A stretch of DNA of 64,000 nucleotides from Acidobacteriota bacterium (GTDB lineage Bacteria > Acidobacteriota > Aminicenantia > Aminicenantales > Saccharicenantaceae), in the NCBI GenBank assembly GCA_014894455.1, contig JADBLN010000094.1:38-64037 (forward strand), read 5' to 3'. A program made the translations under genes and the position numbers. Positions within the stretch are counted from its first letter, which is position 1; each line of letters opens with the position of its first letter. This document shows, in pieces, positions 36,538 through 45,092 of this stretch. A model generated the notes under the pieces. That model did no database searches. It was not told the DNA's origin and saw nothing but the letters and a program-made list of their open reading frames with translations.

Positions 36538-38016
36538 CTAAGGACTCTCCGCCCCATCCCTGGTTCGCCCGCGACGCAGGCGCTCGACGAGGAACCCGAT
36601 CAGGAAGCCCGCGGCGCCCAAGCCCACCCCCAAGGGGAGCGACCACGGCCACGGGGGGACGGGGACGAGCCGGAGGCCCGACTCCTCGAGGAAGCAGACG
36701 AACGCGTAGCCGCCGCCGAAGGCGAGGCTCAGCAAGCCCGCCCAAGGGAGTTTCTTTTTCAGAAAAAGGGCCGCGAGGCCGGGGACAAGGAGGCCCTCGG
36801 CCATGATCTTGGAGGCCAGGCCCATGGTCTTGAGGATGTCGCCGAACCGGGTGGCGACGAGGAACGCCGCGAGGGCAAGAGCCACGGTCGAGACCCGGGC
36901 CAGGGCGACGGCTCGAGGCGCGGAGCTTGGCCCCTTCCCCAGCCCGAGGAGGTCCTTGGTCAGGGTGAAGGCCCCGGCATTGAGGGCTGCGTCCATCGTC
37001 GACAGGATGGCCGCCAGGACCGTAACGAAAAGCAAGCCCCCCAGGAAGGACCCGGATTCGCCGGATATGAACGCCGTGACCAGCGGGACGCCGTTCCCGC
37101 CTCGCGGGAAAAGGGGCAGGAAGAGCATTCCGGCCGCGACGATACCGGCGTAGAAAACGGCCAGAAGGAGGGCGGCCCCGAAAAGCCCCCGGCGGGCCGC
37201 TCCTTCGCTGCGTGCAGCCTGCATCCTCTGCCAGGCTATGGGAGAGATGGTCCAGGCCAGGACGAAAGAGACGGCGATCAGGACGTTGCGGTCCGCGCCG
37301 GCCAGGACATCGAAGTACGAGCCTTTCCCGAGGCGTCCCGCGGCGGCGCGCACGGCTCCCCAGGAGGTTCGCGAAGCGAGAGCGGCGATCATCCCCGTGA
37401 CGCCGGCGACCAGGAGGACGACCTGGACGACGTGCGTCCTGGAGACCGAGATGAGGCCGCCGGCCGCGGAGTAGACGAGGACGATGCCGGCCGTGATCGC
37501 CAGGCTCGCGATCGGGGAGGTGCCGAGGAAGGCGCCCAGGAAGGAGCCGGCCGCGACCATCTGCGAGGCCGCGAGGACGGTCATATACCAGACGATCAGG
37601 ACGCTCGTCAGGAACCTGGCGACCTTTCCGTATCTGCTTTCCATGAGGTCCGAAAGGGTCGAACCGGCCGCTTCCCTGACCGGCCCGGCCAAGGCCAGGA
37701 GGAGGAGAAGAGTGGCGACGGCCGGAATCCCGATTATCCAGATAGCGCTGAAACCGTCCCTGAAGGCCTCGTCCGTGGAAACGAGGAGCGAGGCCGCCCC
37801 GATCCAGGAGGCGCAGAGAGAAAAGGCCACGCGCAGGGAGCCGAGCCGGCGGGAGGCCAGAAAGAAAGAGTCCAGCCCTTCGAGCCGCCGGGGGAGGCGC
37901 AGGCCCGCGGCCCAGAGGACGACCGCGTAAGCGGCCACGGCCAGGACGAATCCCGTCTTCATGAATAGGAAGTATATAGCATAATCCCGCAGGCATTTCT
38001 TCTCGTGACCTTTCAA
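36538..38016 (-). CDS. sodium:solute symporter family transporter
   Basis: Polytopic membrane protein with an SSF-like N-terminus (DSFFLASRRLGSLRVAFSLCASWIGAASLL). The start is uncertain: TTG at 38016 or ATG at 37962. Confidence 0.8.
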   Translation of the reverse strand: MKGHEKKCLRDYAIYFLFMKTGFVLAVAAYAVVLWAAGLRLPRRLEGLDSFFLASRRLGSLRVAFSLCASWIGAASLLVSTDEAFRDGFSAIWIIGIPAVATLLLLLALAGPVREAAGSTLSDLMESRYGKVARFLTSVLIVWYMTVLAASQMVAAGSFLGAFLGTSPIASLAITAGIVLVYSAAGGLISVSRTHVVQVVLLVAGVTGMIAALASRTSWGAVRAAAGRLGKGSYFDVLAGADRNVLIAVSFVLAWTISPIAWQRMQAARSEGAARRGLFGAALLLAVFYAGIVAAGMLFLPLFPRGGNGVPLVTAFISGESGSFLGGLLFVTVLAAILSTMDAALNAGAFTLTKDLLGLGKGPSSAPRAVALARVSTVALALAAFLVATRFGDILKTMGLASKIMAEGLLVPGLAALFLKKKLPWAGLLSLAFGGGYAFVCFLEESGLRLVPVPPWPWSLPLGVGLGAAGFLIGFLVERLRRGRTRDGAESP

Positions 38017-38058
38017 GAGGGACAGTCCCTCTTTCCTGAATGCCGCCCGGCGAGCCTA

Positions 38059-38067
38059 TGTTATAAT
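38059..38067 (+). promoter_or_regulatory. extended -10 promoter TGtTATAAT
   Basis: TG at 38059-38060 and TATAAT at 38062-38067. The lolA-like ATG lies only 7 nt downstream, with no SD. Confidence 0.45.
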
Positions 38068-38074
38068 AGCCCGC

Positions 38075-38734
38075 ATGAGGCGATTATTTGCCCTCGGCCT
38101 GGCCCTCGCCGCTCTCGCGGCCGGCGCATTCGCGGTGACTCCCGAGGAGGCCGTCGCCAACCTGGAACGGGCGCTCAAGACCGCCGGGACCCTCCAGGCC
38201 CGGTTCGAACAGCTTCATTATTCCATGTCGGTGTCAACCCCTCTCCGGGAAAAAGGGGAATTCTTCCTCCAGAAGCCCGACCGCATGCGCTGGGAATATC
38301 GGGACCCCCAGGACAAGGTATTTCTCTACAAGGACGGCGTCCTCGAGATGTACATCGCCGAGGAAAAGCAGCTGACCCGGAGCCGGGTCCCTCAGGAAGC
38401 CTTGGAGTCCGACATCTTCGGCATCTTCCTCGGCGTGATGTCCTTCCGGGACGCCTATATCGTCGAAGACAGCCCATTCCCGACCGACGCTGCCCGGGTC
38501 AGACAGGTCAAGCTGACACCCCGGACCGAGGGGGACTACTCCCATATCCTCCTCGAGATCGACGAGCATACCTGGCTCCTCCGCCGAGCCATTTTCCTCG
38601 AGTGGGCGGGCAACAAGCGGGAATTCATCTTCAGCCAGATCCGGACCGGCGTCCGTCTCCCGGCCAGGACATTCGAGCTCAAAGTCCCCCCGGACTGTGA
38701 GATCATCGACGATGGGGAAACCGTCCGGCGCTAA
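38075..38734 (+). CDS. lolA: outer-membrane lipoprotein carrier LolA-like protein
   Basis: 219 aa with the signal peptide MRRLFALGLALAALAAGAFA and the LolA pattern LQARFEQ...GEFFLQKPDRMRWEY. Confidence 0.75.
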   Translation: MRRLFALGLALAALAAGAFAVTPEEAVANLERALKTAGTLQARFEQLHYSMSVSTPLREKGEFFLQKPDRMRWEYRDPQDKVFLYKDGVLEMYIAEEKQLTRSRVPQEALESDIFGIFLGVMSFRDAYIVEDSPFPTDAARVRQVKLTPRTEGDYSHILLEIDEHTWLLRRAIFLEWAGNKREFIFSQIRTGVRLPARTFELKVPPDCEIIDDGETVRR

Positions 38735-38783
38735 ACCTTCCCGCCCCGGGTCCGTATCAATACCCGAGGGCGGAGTGTCCTCG

Positions 38784-39344
38784 ATGACCGAAGACAGCAC
38801 ACTCGTAGTCCAAGCCCTCAAAGGAGACCGGAAGGCGTTCGAAATGATCGTCCGCAAGTACGAGCAGCCCTTGACGAACTACCTGGGCCGCATGACCGGG
38901 GAACGCGAGGCGGCGCTCGATTTTACCCAAGAGGTTTTCATCAAGGTCTACTGCTCGCTCGGGTCCTACCGCCCCGCTTACAAGTTCAGCCCCTGGCTCT
39001 TCAAGATCGCCTCGAACCACCTCATCGACCACTGGAGGAAGAAGAAGCTCCCGACCCTCTCCCTCGACCAGCCCATCGACGACGAGGACGGCTCGCTCAC
39101 CCCGCAGGTGCCGGATCCGGGGCCGTCGGTCACCCGGAAGTTCGAACTGGCCGAGATCCGTCAGAAGATCGAGCGGGCCCTGGGGTTCCTACCGGCCGCC
39201 CTCCGGGAGCTTTTCGTCCTGAGGCACGTCAACGAGTTCTCATACGAAGAGATCGCGGACATCAAGAGCCTGCCCGTCGGGACGGTCAAGAACCGCGTCT
39301 TTCAAGCCAAAGAGATGCTCAGGAAAAGGATGGAGGGATCGTGA
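38784..39344 (+). CDS. ECF-type RNA polymerase sigma-70 factor
   Basis: The ATG at 38784 is the start (ORF track begins at 38697). 186 aa, with region 2 (FTQEVFIKVY...FSPWLFKIASNHLIDHWRKKK) and region 4 (SYEEIADIKSLPVGTVKNRVFQAKEMLRK). Confidence 0.9.
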   Translation: MTEDSTLVVQALKGDRKAFEMIVRKYEQPLTNYLGRMTGEREAALDFTQEVFIKVYCSLGSYRPAYKFSPWLFKIASNHLIDHWRKKKLPTLSLDQPIDDEDGSLTPQVPDPGPSVTRKFELAEIRQKIERALGFLPAALRELFVLRHVNEFSYEEIADIKSLPVGTVKNRVFQAKEMLRKRMEGS

Positions 39345-39922
39345 GGGACTGCCGGAGCACCGAGAGCTTTTACCTCTATCTCGAGGGAGAGCTCGGCGCA
39401 TTCGAGCGGCGCGGGCTCGAAGCCCACCTCGAAACCTGCCCGGCCTGCCGCGAGGTCCTGGCCAAACGACGCCTCCTCCACGAGGCCTTCATCAGCCTGC
39501 CGCCGCTGGAAGTCCCGCCGGATTTCGCCCTGTCGGTCATGGACAGGCTGCCCGAGCCCGCGGAGGCCACGGCCCGCTGGCTGGCCCCTCTCGTCGCCGG
39601 GACGGCCTCCCTCGTCGTCGGCCTCCTCGGTTTCTACCTCCTCACCGGCGAGAGCCTGTCCGACATCCTCGTCGCCGTCAGCCGGTCCTTCAGCTCGGGC
39701 TTCGGCCGGCTCCTGCCGCTCTTCGCTAAGCTATTGAAAGTCGGCGGCCTTCTTTTGGACGTCGCGTTCGGCTTCGTTACGATGCTCGGCCAGGGCCTGG
39801 TCACCCTCTTGAGCGCCCTCGGCCCGGAGGGCATCGGCCTCATCCTGGGCCTAGGGCTCCTCCTGTCCCTGCTCTTGTTCTTCGGAGCGAAAAGACTCCT
39901 CTCTCTGGGAGAAAAAGCATGA
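39341..39922 (+). CDS. zf-HC2 anti-sigma factor (membrane-anchored)
   Basis: The GTG start overlaps the sigma stop (GTGA). It has the HX3CX2C motif (HLETCPAC) followed by TM segments. Confidence 0.82.
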   Translation: MRDCRSTESFYLYLEGELGAFERRGLEAHLETCPACREVLAKRRLLHEAFISLPPLEVPPDFALSVMDRLPEPAEATARWLAPLVAGTASLVVGLLGFYLLTGESLSDILVAVSRSFSSGFGRLLPLFAKLLKVGGLLLDVAFGFVTMLGQGLVTLLSALGPEGIGLILGLGLLLSLLLFFGAKRLLSLGEKA

Positions 39923-40854
39923 TGAAAAAAAGTCTGGCCCTGGCTCTTTTCGGCCTGTTCATTCTCGCCCCGCTGGCCGCTCCCCCGCGGGCGTCGGCCG
40001 AGATCGGTATACAGAAGGATATCCACGTCGCCCCGGGTGAAACCCAAGACAAGATCTTCAGCTTGGGCGGGAACGTCCTCATCGAAGGGAAGGTCATGGA
40101 CGACGTCATGGTCGTCGGCGGGACGATCACGATCAGCGGGGAAGCCGGACAGTCCGTCGTCGGGATCGGGTCCCGGATCATCGTCAAGTCCACGGCGGTC
40201 ATCGGCAAAGATCTGGCCGCCCTGGGCGGAACGCTGGAGAAAGAGCCCGGATGCACGGTCGGCGGCGACACCATCTACTTCCAGACCGCCGAGATCAGGG
40301 ACAAGATCTTCAAGGACGGCCTCCTCTCCTCCGGCGTCTTCTCCATGTCGCTCATCCCCATCATCGTCGCCATCAAGCTGGTCATCATCTTCCTCTGGCT
40401 CATGGCCGCATTCCTCGGCGCCGCCCTGTTCCCGAAGCCGCTGGCCTTCGCCGCCGGGGAGGTCCGCAAGTCCTTCTGGCCGGCCTTCGGCATCGGCTTC
40501 CTGGCTATCATCGTCTTTTCGGGTCTCGTCCTCTTCTCCGCCCTGCTGAGCTTCATCCTCATCGGCATTCCGATCCTTCTCGCGCTTGTCGCGGCCGGAT
40601 TCATCATCAAGGTGTTCGGCCGGCTTGTCGTCTTCTATTTCCTCGGCGACAGCCTTCTCCGCGCCCTCGGCTCCCGGAAGATCTCCGCCCTGGGGGCCGT
40701 TCTCGCCGGCCTCGCACTCTTCAGTTTCATCGGCTTCATCCCCGTCGTCGGGTTCTTGTTCGGCCTGGTCATGAACGCCGTGGGCTGGGGGATCGCCCTC
40801 CGGACGAAGTTCGGCACGCGGGAGAACTGGTTTCAGAAGAAGCCGGCCTGCTAG
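39919..40854 (+). CDS. membrane protein with secreted beta-helix (bactofilin-like) repeat domain
   Basis: ATGA overlap with the anti-sigma stop. It has a signal peptide, a repetitive domain (GGNVLIEGKVMDDVMVVGGTITISGEAGQSVVGIGSRIIV), then about 4 TM helices. The function label is tentative. Confidence 0.6.
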   Translation: MMKKSLALALFGLFILAPLAAPPRASAEIGIQKDIHVAPGETQDKIFSLGGNVLIEGKVMDDVMVVGGTITISGEAGQSVVGIGSRIIVKSTAVIGKDLAALGGTLEKEPGCTVGGDTIYFQTAEIRDKIFKDGLLSSGVFSMSLIPIIVAIKLVIIFLWLMAAFLGAALFPKPLAFAAGEVRKSFWPAFGIGFLAIIVFSGLVLFSALLSFILIGIPILLALVAAGFIIKVFGRLVVFYFLGDSLLRALGSRKISALGAVLAGLALFSFIGFIPVVGFLFGLVMNAVGWGIALRTKFGTRENWFQKKPAC

Positions 40855-40947
40855 GGAGCGGACTCTTGGGAGCGACCGTCCAGAAGCACGGCGGAGCGGC
40901 TCGGAGCCGCGCTTCTGGGAAATATCTGAATAAAACCTAGCCAGGAA

Positions 40948-40978
40948 GGGGGGACACGTACCTTCGGTACATGCCCCC
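40948..40978. terminator. hairpin between convergent genes (GGGGGACACGTACC-TTCG-GGTACATGCCCCC)
   Basis: Imperfect inverted repeat 15 nt beyond the frr stop and 94 nt beyond the 39919-40854 stop. A related copy lies at 57669-57703. Confidence 0.45.
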
Positions 40979-40992
40979 GAGTCAGTCGGGCT

Positions 40993-41550
40993 TCAGCGTT
41001 CCAGGATTTCTTTCTCTTTCGCCCCGGCCAGCTCCTCGATCTTCCCGACGGTCTCGTCGAGGAGTTTCTGGAGGTGTTCGAGGCCTAAAAATTTATCGTC
41101 CTCGGCGATCTCTTTTTCCTTCTCTAGCTCCTCGATGAACTCCTTGGCCTCGCGGCGCATGTTGCGGAGGGCCGTTTTCTCCTCCTCGAGCATCCGGCCG
41201 ATCTTCTTGGCGATCTCCCGGCGGCGCTCCTCGTCGAGGGGCGGGATGGGGACGCGGAGAACCTTGCCGTCGTTGAGCGGGTTGAAGCCGAAGTCCGAGC
41301 TCCGGATGGCCTTGTCGAGGGGCTCCAGCATCGAGGGGTCGTAGGGCTGGATGACGATCAGGGTCGGCTCGGGGACCTTGACGGTGGCCACCTGATTGAC
41401 GGGCGTGGGGACGCCGTAGTAGCTGATCTTGATTTCCTCAAAAACGGAGATATTGGCCCGTCCCGTCCGGAGCATTCCGAGGTTCTTCCGGAAATGCTCG
41501 GTCGAGGCCTTCATCTTCTTTTCCGCGTCCTTCAGCACGTCTTTGACCAT
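40993..41550 (-). CDS. frr: ribosome recycling factor
   Basis: The ATG at 41550 follows GGAGAGGG. 185 aa, with LRTGRANISVFEEIKISYYG...LVIQPYD...NPLNDGKVLRVPIPPLDEERRRE. Confidence 0.95.
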   Translation of the reverse strand: MVKDVLKDAEKKMKASTEHFRKNLGMLRTGRANISVFEEIKISYYGVPTPVNQVATVKVPEPTLIVIQPYDPSMLEPLDKAIRSSDFGFNPLNDGKVLRVPIPPLDEERRREIAKKIGRMLEEEKTALRNMRREAKEFIEELEKEKEIAEDDKFLGLEHLQKLLDETVGKIEELAGAKEKEILER

Positions 41551-41637
41551 CGCGTCCCTCTCCAAATGGCAAATTCGCCGGGATTTACGAGCCCCCGGGG
41601 AGGCTTGAGAGATAGTTAAACACGACCCCCCAAACCT

Positions 41638-41870
41638 GTCAACCCCCCAGGCTTCCCGGGGTTAACCCTGAGCGGCAGCGAACGGGTCAACCCCCCAGGC
41701 TTCCCGGAGTTAACCCTGAGCAGCAGCGAACGGGTCAACCCCCCAGGCTTCCCGGGGTTAACCCTGAGCGGCGGCGAACGGGTCAACCCCCCAGGCTTCC
41801 CGGGGTTAACCCTGAGCCGCGCTTCTCATCCCCCTTGAAGGGCGGTGCCTAGCGGCGGCGAACGGGTCAA
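41638..41870 (-). repeat. 48-bp tandem repeat array (3 full units plus a 4th interrupted unit)
   Basis: The units occupy 41638-41685, 41686-41733 and 41734-41781. The fourth unit covers 41782-41817 and resumes at 41851-41865 after about 33 bp of unrelated sequence. Consensus: gtcaaccccccaggcttcccggggttaaccctgagcggcagcgaacgg. There are 1-2 substitutions per unit. Confidence 0.9.
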
Positions 41871-41912
41871 GGAATTCGCGGACGCTGCGGAAAACGAAGG
41901 GCGCGGCGGGGC

Positions 41913-42626
41913 CTAGTAGACTCTGGTCCCGATCGTCTCGCCCAAGACGGCCCGCATGATGTTGCCGCCTCTGCCCAGGGCGAAGACGAGGATGGGCAGG
42001 CCGTTGTCCTTGCACAGGGAGATGGCCGTGGCGTCCATAACCTTGAGGTTCTTCTTGAGGACGTCGATGTAGCGGATGGACTTGAACTTCTTGGCCGTCT
42101 TGTCGGTCATCGGGTCGGACGTGTATACGCCGTCGACCTTGGTCGCCTTGAGGATGACCTCGGCCCCGATCTCCAGGGCCCTCTGGGCGGCGGCCGTGTC
42201 CGTCGTGAAGAAGGGGCTGCCGATGCCCGCCGAGAAGATGATGATCCGGCCCTTTTCGAGGTGGCGGATGACGCGCCGGCGGATGAACGGCTCGGCTACG
42301 GACTTGATCTCGATGGAGGAGACATGGCGCGTGACGGCGCCGGCCTTGTCCAGGGCCGACTGAAGGGCGATCCCGTTGATGACCGTGGCCAGCATGCCCA
42401 TCTGGTCGGCCGACGCCCGGTCGATGCCGACATCCGTCCCGCTGACGCCGCGGAAGATGTTCCCGCCGCCGATCATGACGGCGATGTCGACGCCGAGATC
42501 GTGGACTTCCTTGATCTCCCGGGCGATGGCCAGGGCCCGGTCGTAATGGATCCCGGAGGGAATGTCGCCGAGGAAGGATTCGCCGGACAGCTTGAGGAGG
42601 ATGCGCTTATAGGCCGGATTGGACAT
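41913..42626 (-). CDS. pyrH: UMP kinase
   Basis: 237 aa starting [13 protein letters not shown], with [13 protein letters not shown] and the amino-acid kinase fold. Confidence 0.95.
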   Translation of the reverse strand: MSNPAYKRILLKLSGESFLGDIPSGIHYDRALAIAREIKEVHDLGVDIAVMIGGGNIFRGVSGTDVGIDRASADQMGMLATVINGIALQSALDKAGAVTRHVSSIEIKSVAEPFIRRRVIRHLEKGRIIIFSAGIGSPFFTTDTAAAQRALEIGAEVILKATKVDGVYTSDPMTDKTAKKFKSIRYIDVLKKNLKVMDATAISLCKDNGLPILVFALGRGGNIMRAVLGETIGTRVY

Positions 42627-42767
42627 GGGCTTCGGGCCTTATTCTATACCCGTTCGGGCCCGGATTTCAATCCCCTTCGCGAGATTGGAATGGCCAACCC
42701 CCGCTCCGGGGACAGGCGCTCCAAAGCCCGCGAAATTTTGATTCCATCGGCGTAAGTCCGTGGAGCT

Positions 42768-43364
42768 TCAGTCCTGCCCGATCTCGTAGCGCGCGAAACG
42801 GCCGACCTTGATGTTCTCGCCCATCTTGGCGACGAGCTGGGCGATGAGGTCGCGGACCTTGATCTTGTCCTCGCGGATGTAGGGCTGATCGAGGAGGCAG
42901 ACCTCCTCGAAGAACTTCCCGAGCTTGCCCTGGACGATCTTCTCCATGATCTCGGGCGGCTTCTTCATGTCGCCGATCTGGGCCTTGATGATCTCCTTCT
43001 CCTTGGCGACGAGGTCTTCGGGGACGTCGCTCGAGGAGATGTAGCGCGGCTTGGCCGCTGCGATCTGCATGCCCAGCTCCTTGACCAGCTCCAGGAACTC
43101 GCAGTTGCGGGCGACGAAGTCGGACTCGCAGTTGACCTCGATGAGGACGCCGATCCGCCCGTTCATGTGGATGTAGGAGCCGACGAGCCCTTCTTTGGCG
43201 GCGCGGCTGGACTTGGCCTCGGCCCGGGCGTGCCCTTTTTTCCTCAGGATCTCGATCGCCTTGTCCATGTCGCAGCCGCATTCGCTGAGGGCGCTCTTGC
43301 ACTCCATCATGCCGATGCCGGTCCTCTCCCGGAGTTCCTTGACCTTGTCCGCCGTGATCTCCAT
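42768..43364 (-). CDS. tsf: translation elongation factor Ts (short form)
   Basis: The ATG at 43364 follows AAGAGG. 198 aa starting MEITADKVKELRERTGIGMMECKSAL, with the EVNCESDFVARN motif. Confidence 0.93.
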   Translation of the reverse strand: MEITADKVKELRERTGIGMMECKSALSECGCDMDKAIEILRKKGHARAEAKSSRAAKEGLVGSYIHMNGRIGVLIEVNCESDFVARNCEFLELVKELGMQIAAAKPRYISSSDVPEDLVAKEKEIIKAQIGDMKKPPEIMEKIVQGKLGKFFEEVCLLDQPYIREDKIKVRDLIAQLVAKMGENIKVGRFARYEIGQD

Positions 43365-43377
43365 AGTGTCCTCTTTC

Positions 43378-44133
43378 TCAGTTGTCTTCGGGGGTCTCTT
43401 CAACGGGGGGCGTTTCGTTCGTCTTCTCCGCGAGCAGCTCCTTGCTGATCCGGTTCTTCTTGCCCTCGATGATCGACTCGGCCGCCTTCGAAGCGAACAG
43501 CTCGATCGCCCGGACCGCGTCGTCGTTGCCGGGGATGGGGTAGTTGATGTCCTCCGGGTCGCCGTTGGTGTCGACGACGGCCACGATGGGGATGTGCATC
43601 TTCCGGGCCTCGGCGATGGCGATCGTCTCCTTCGACGAATCGATGATGAAGATGGCCCCGGGCAGCGTGCTCATGGTCTTCAGGCCGCCGAGGTTCTTCT
43701 GGAGCTTCCGGTAGACCTTCTCGAGCTTCGACTGCTCCTTCTTCGACTTGAGGTCCCAGCGGCCGTCTTCCTTCATCTCCTCGAGTTCCTTCAGCTTGTC
43801 GACACTGCCCCGGACGACGCTGAAGTTCGTCAGGAGCCCGCCGAGCCAGCGCTGGTTGACATAGCTCGACTCGCACTTCAGGGCATAGTCACGGACGATG
43901 TCCTGGGCCTGCTTCTTGGTGCCGACGAAGAGGATCATCTTGCCTTCCTCGGCCACGCCCCGGATGTAGCTCAGGGCTTCCTTGAAGTACTTGATCGTTT
44001 TCTGCAGATCGACGATGTAAATGCCGTTCCGCTGCCCGAAGATGTATTCTTTCATTTTGGGGTTCCAGCGCTTCGTCTGGTGCCCAAAGTGAACACCCGC
44101 CTCCAACAATTCTTTCATCGTGACAGAAACCAA
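43378..44133 (-). CDS. rpsB: 30S ribosomal protein S2
   Basis: The TTG at 44133 lies 6 nt after GGAGG. It has [19 protein letters not shown] and [30 protein letters not shown]. Confidence 0.95.
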   Translation of the reverse strand: MVSVTMKELLEAGVHFGHQTKRWNPKMKEYIFGQRNGIYIVDLQKTIKYFKEALSYIRGVAEEGKMILFVGTKKQAQDIVRDYALKCESSYVNQRWLGGLLTNFSVVRGSVDKLKELEEMKEDGRWDLKSKKEQSKLEKVYRKLQKNLGGLKTMSTLPGAIFIIDSSKETIAIAEARKMHIPIVAVVDTNGDPEDINYPIPGNDDAVRAIELFASKAAESIIEGKKNRISKELLAEKTNETPPVEETPEDN

Positions 44134-44148
44134 CTCGATCCTCCCCTC

Positions 44149-44553
44149 TTAGCGCTTGTGGTACTGAGTAGCCTTACGGGCGCCCAGCAATCCGTATTTC
44201 TTCCGCTCTTTGACCCGCGCGTCCCGCGTCAGCAGGCTGGCCTTTTTGAGCACGGGCCTGAGCTCCCGGTTGAACTCGACCAGGGCCCGGGCGATCCCGA
44301 GCCGGATGGCCTCGGCCTGCCCCTTGGCCCCGCCGCCGTTGACCCGCAGGAAGATGTCGAACTTGTCCTCCGTCTCCGTGAGGAGGAGCGGCTGGCGGAT
44401 GATGACCTTGTAGGCGTCCAGGCGGAAATATTCACTGTAAGGCCGCGGCCTCTTGTTGACGAACAGCGTGATGTCGCCCTTGCCCGAACGCAGGAAGACC
44501 CGGGCGATGGATGATTTCCTTTTACCCGTTCCGTAGTATTGGATCAGACTCAA
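44149..44553 (-). CDS. rpsI: 30S ribosomal protein S9
   Basis: 134 aa starting [14 protein letters not shown], with [19 protein letters not shown] and C-terminal [17 protein letters not shown]. Confidence 0.95.
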   Translation of the reverse strand: MSLIQYYGTGKRKSSIARVFLRSGKGDITLFVNKRPRPYSEYFRLDAYKVIIRQPLLLTETEDKFDIFLRVNGGGAKGQAEAIRLGIARALVEFNRELRPVLKKASLLTRDARVKERKKYGLLGARKATQYHKR

Positions 44554-44561
44554 GGTGCCTC

Positions 44562-44990
44562 CTAAAACTTGTATTCCTGGGGGTTCTGGGCTTCGTGGGG
44601 GTGGGAGGGTCCGCGGTAGACCTTGAGCTTCTTGTACAGGGCCCGGCCGAGCTTTCCCTTCGGGATCATACCCCAGACGGCCTTCTTGATGACCTCTTCC
44701 GGCTTCCTTTCGAGGAGGTCCTTGAGCGTCTCCTCCTTGATTCCGCCGGGATAGAGGGAGTGGGTGTAGTATTTCTTCTGGTCGAGCTTGCGGCCGGTGA
44801 CCTTGATCTTCTCGGCGTTGACGATGACGACGAAGTCCCCCGTGTCCAGATGGCTGGTGAACTGGGGCTTCCTCTTGCCGCGGATCAGGTCGGCGACCTC
44901 GGTGGCCATACGCCCGAGGATCCGGCCCTCAGCGTTGATCAGCCACCACTTCTGTTCGATGTCATCCTTTTTAGGAATAAAGGTCCTCAT
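44562..44990 (-). CDS. rplM: 50S ribosomal protein L13
   Basis: 142 aa with [29 protein letters not shown]. Confidence 0.95.
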   Translation of the reverse strand: MRTFIPKKDDIEQKWWLINAEGRILGRMATEVADLIRGKRKPQFTSHLDTGDFVVIVNAEKIKVTGRKLDQKKYYTHSLYPGGIKEETLKDLLERKPEEVIKKAVWGMIPKGKLGRALYKKLKVYRGPSHPHEAQNPQEYKF

Positions 44991-45028
44991 GAGCTTCTAA
45001 CCTTAAAACAGAGATAGATAGATGGAAT

Positions 45029-45057
45029 AAAATACTAAATCCGCAGGGAAATGTCAA
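45029..45057 (-). promoter_or_regulatory. rplM-rpsI promoter TTGACA-N17-TATTTT
   Basis: On the minus strand, TTGACA is at 45057-45052 and TATTTT at 45034-45029. Confidence 0.5.
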
Positions 45058-45092
45058 CTTGCGCCCCGGGCCGGGCGGCGGAAGGCCTCCCC

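Noticed and set aside
36467-37996. Upper 510 codons of the 770-aa ORF 35684-37996.
   Set aside because: The translation is Arg/Pro/Gly-rich and runs antisense to a convincing Na/solute symporter gene. Only the last 260 codons (35684-36466), which have an RBS and signal peptide, look genuine.
41638-41870. Whether the 48-bp repeat array is a CRISPR array.
   Set aside because: The units are directly abutting, with no unique spacers, and no cas genes are nearby. It is a plain tandem repeat.
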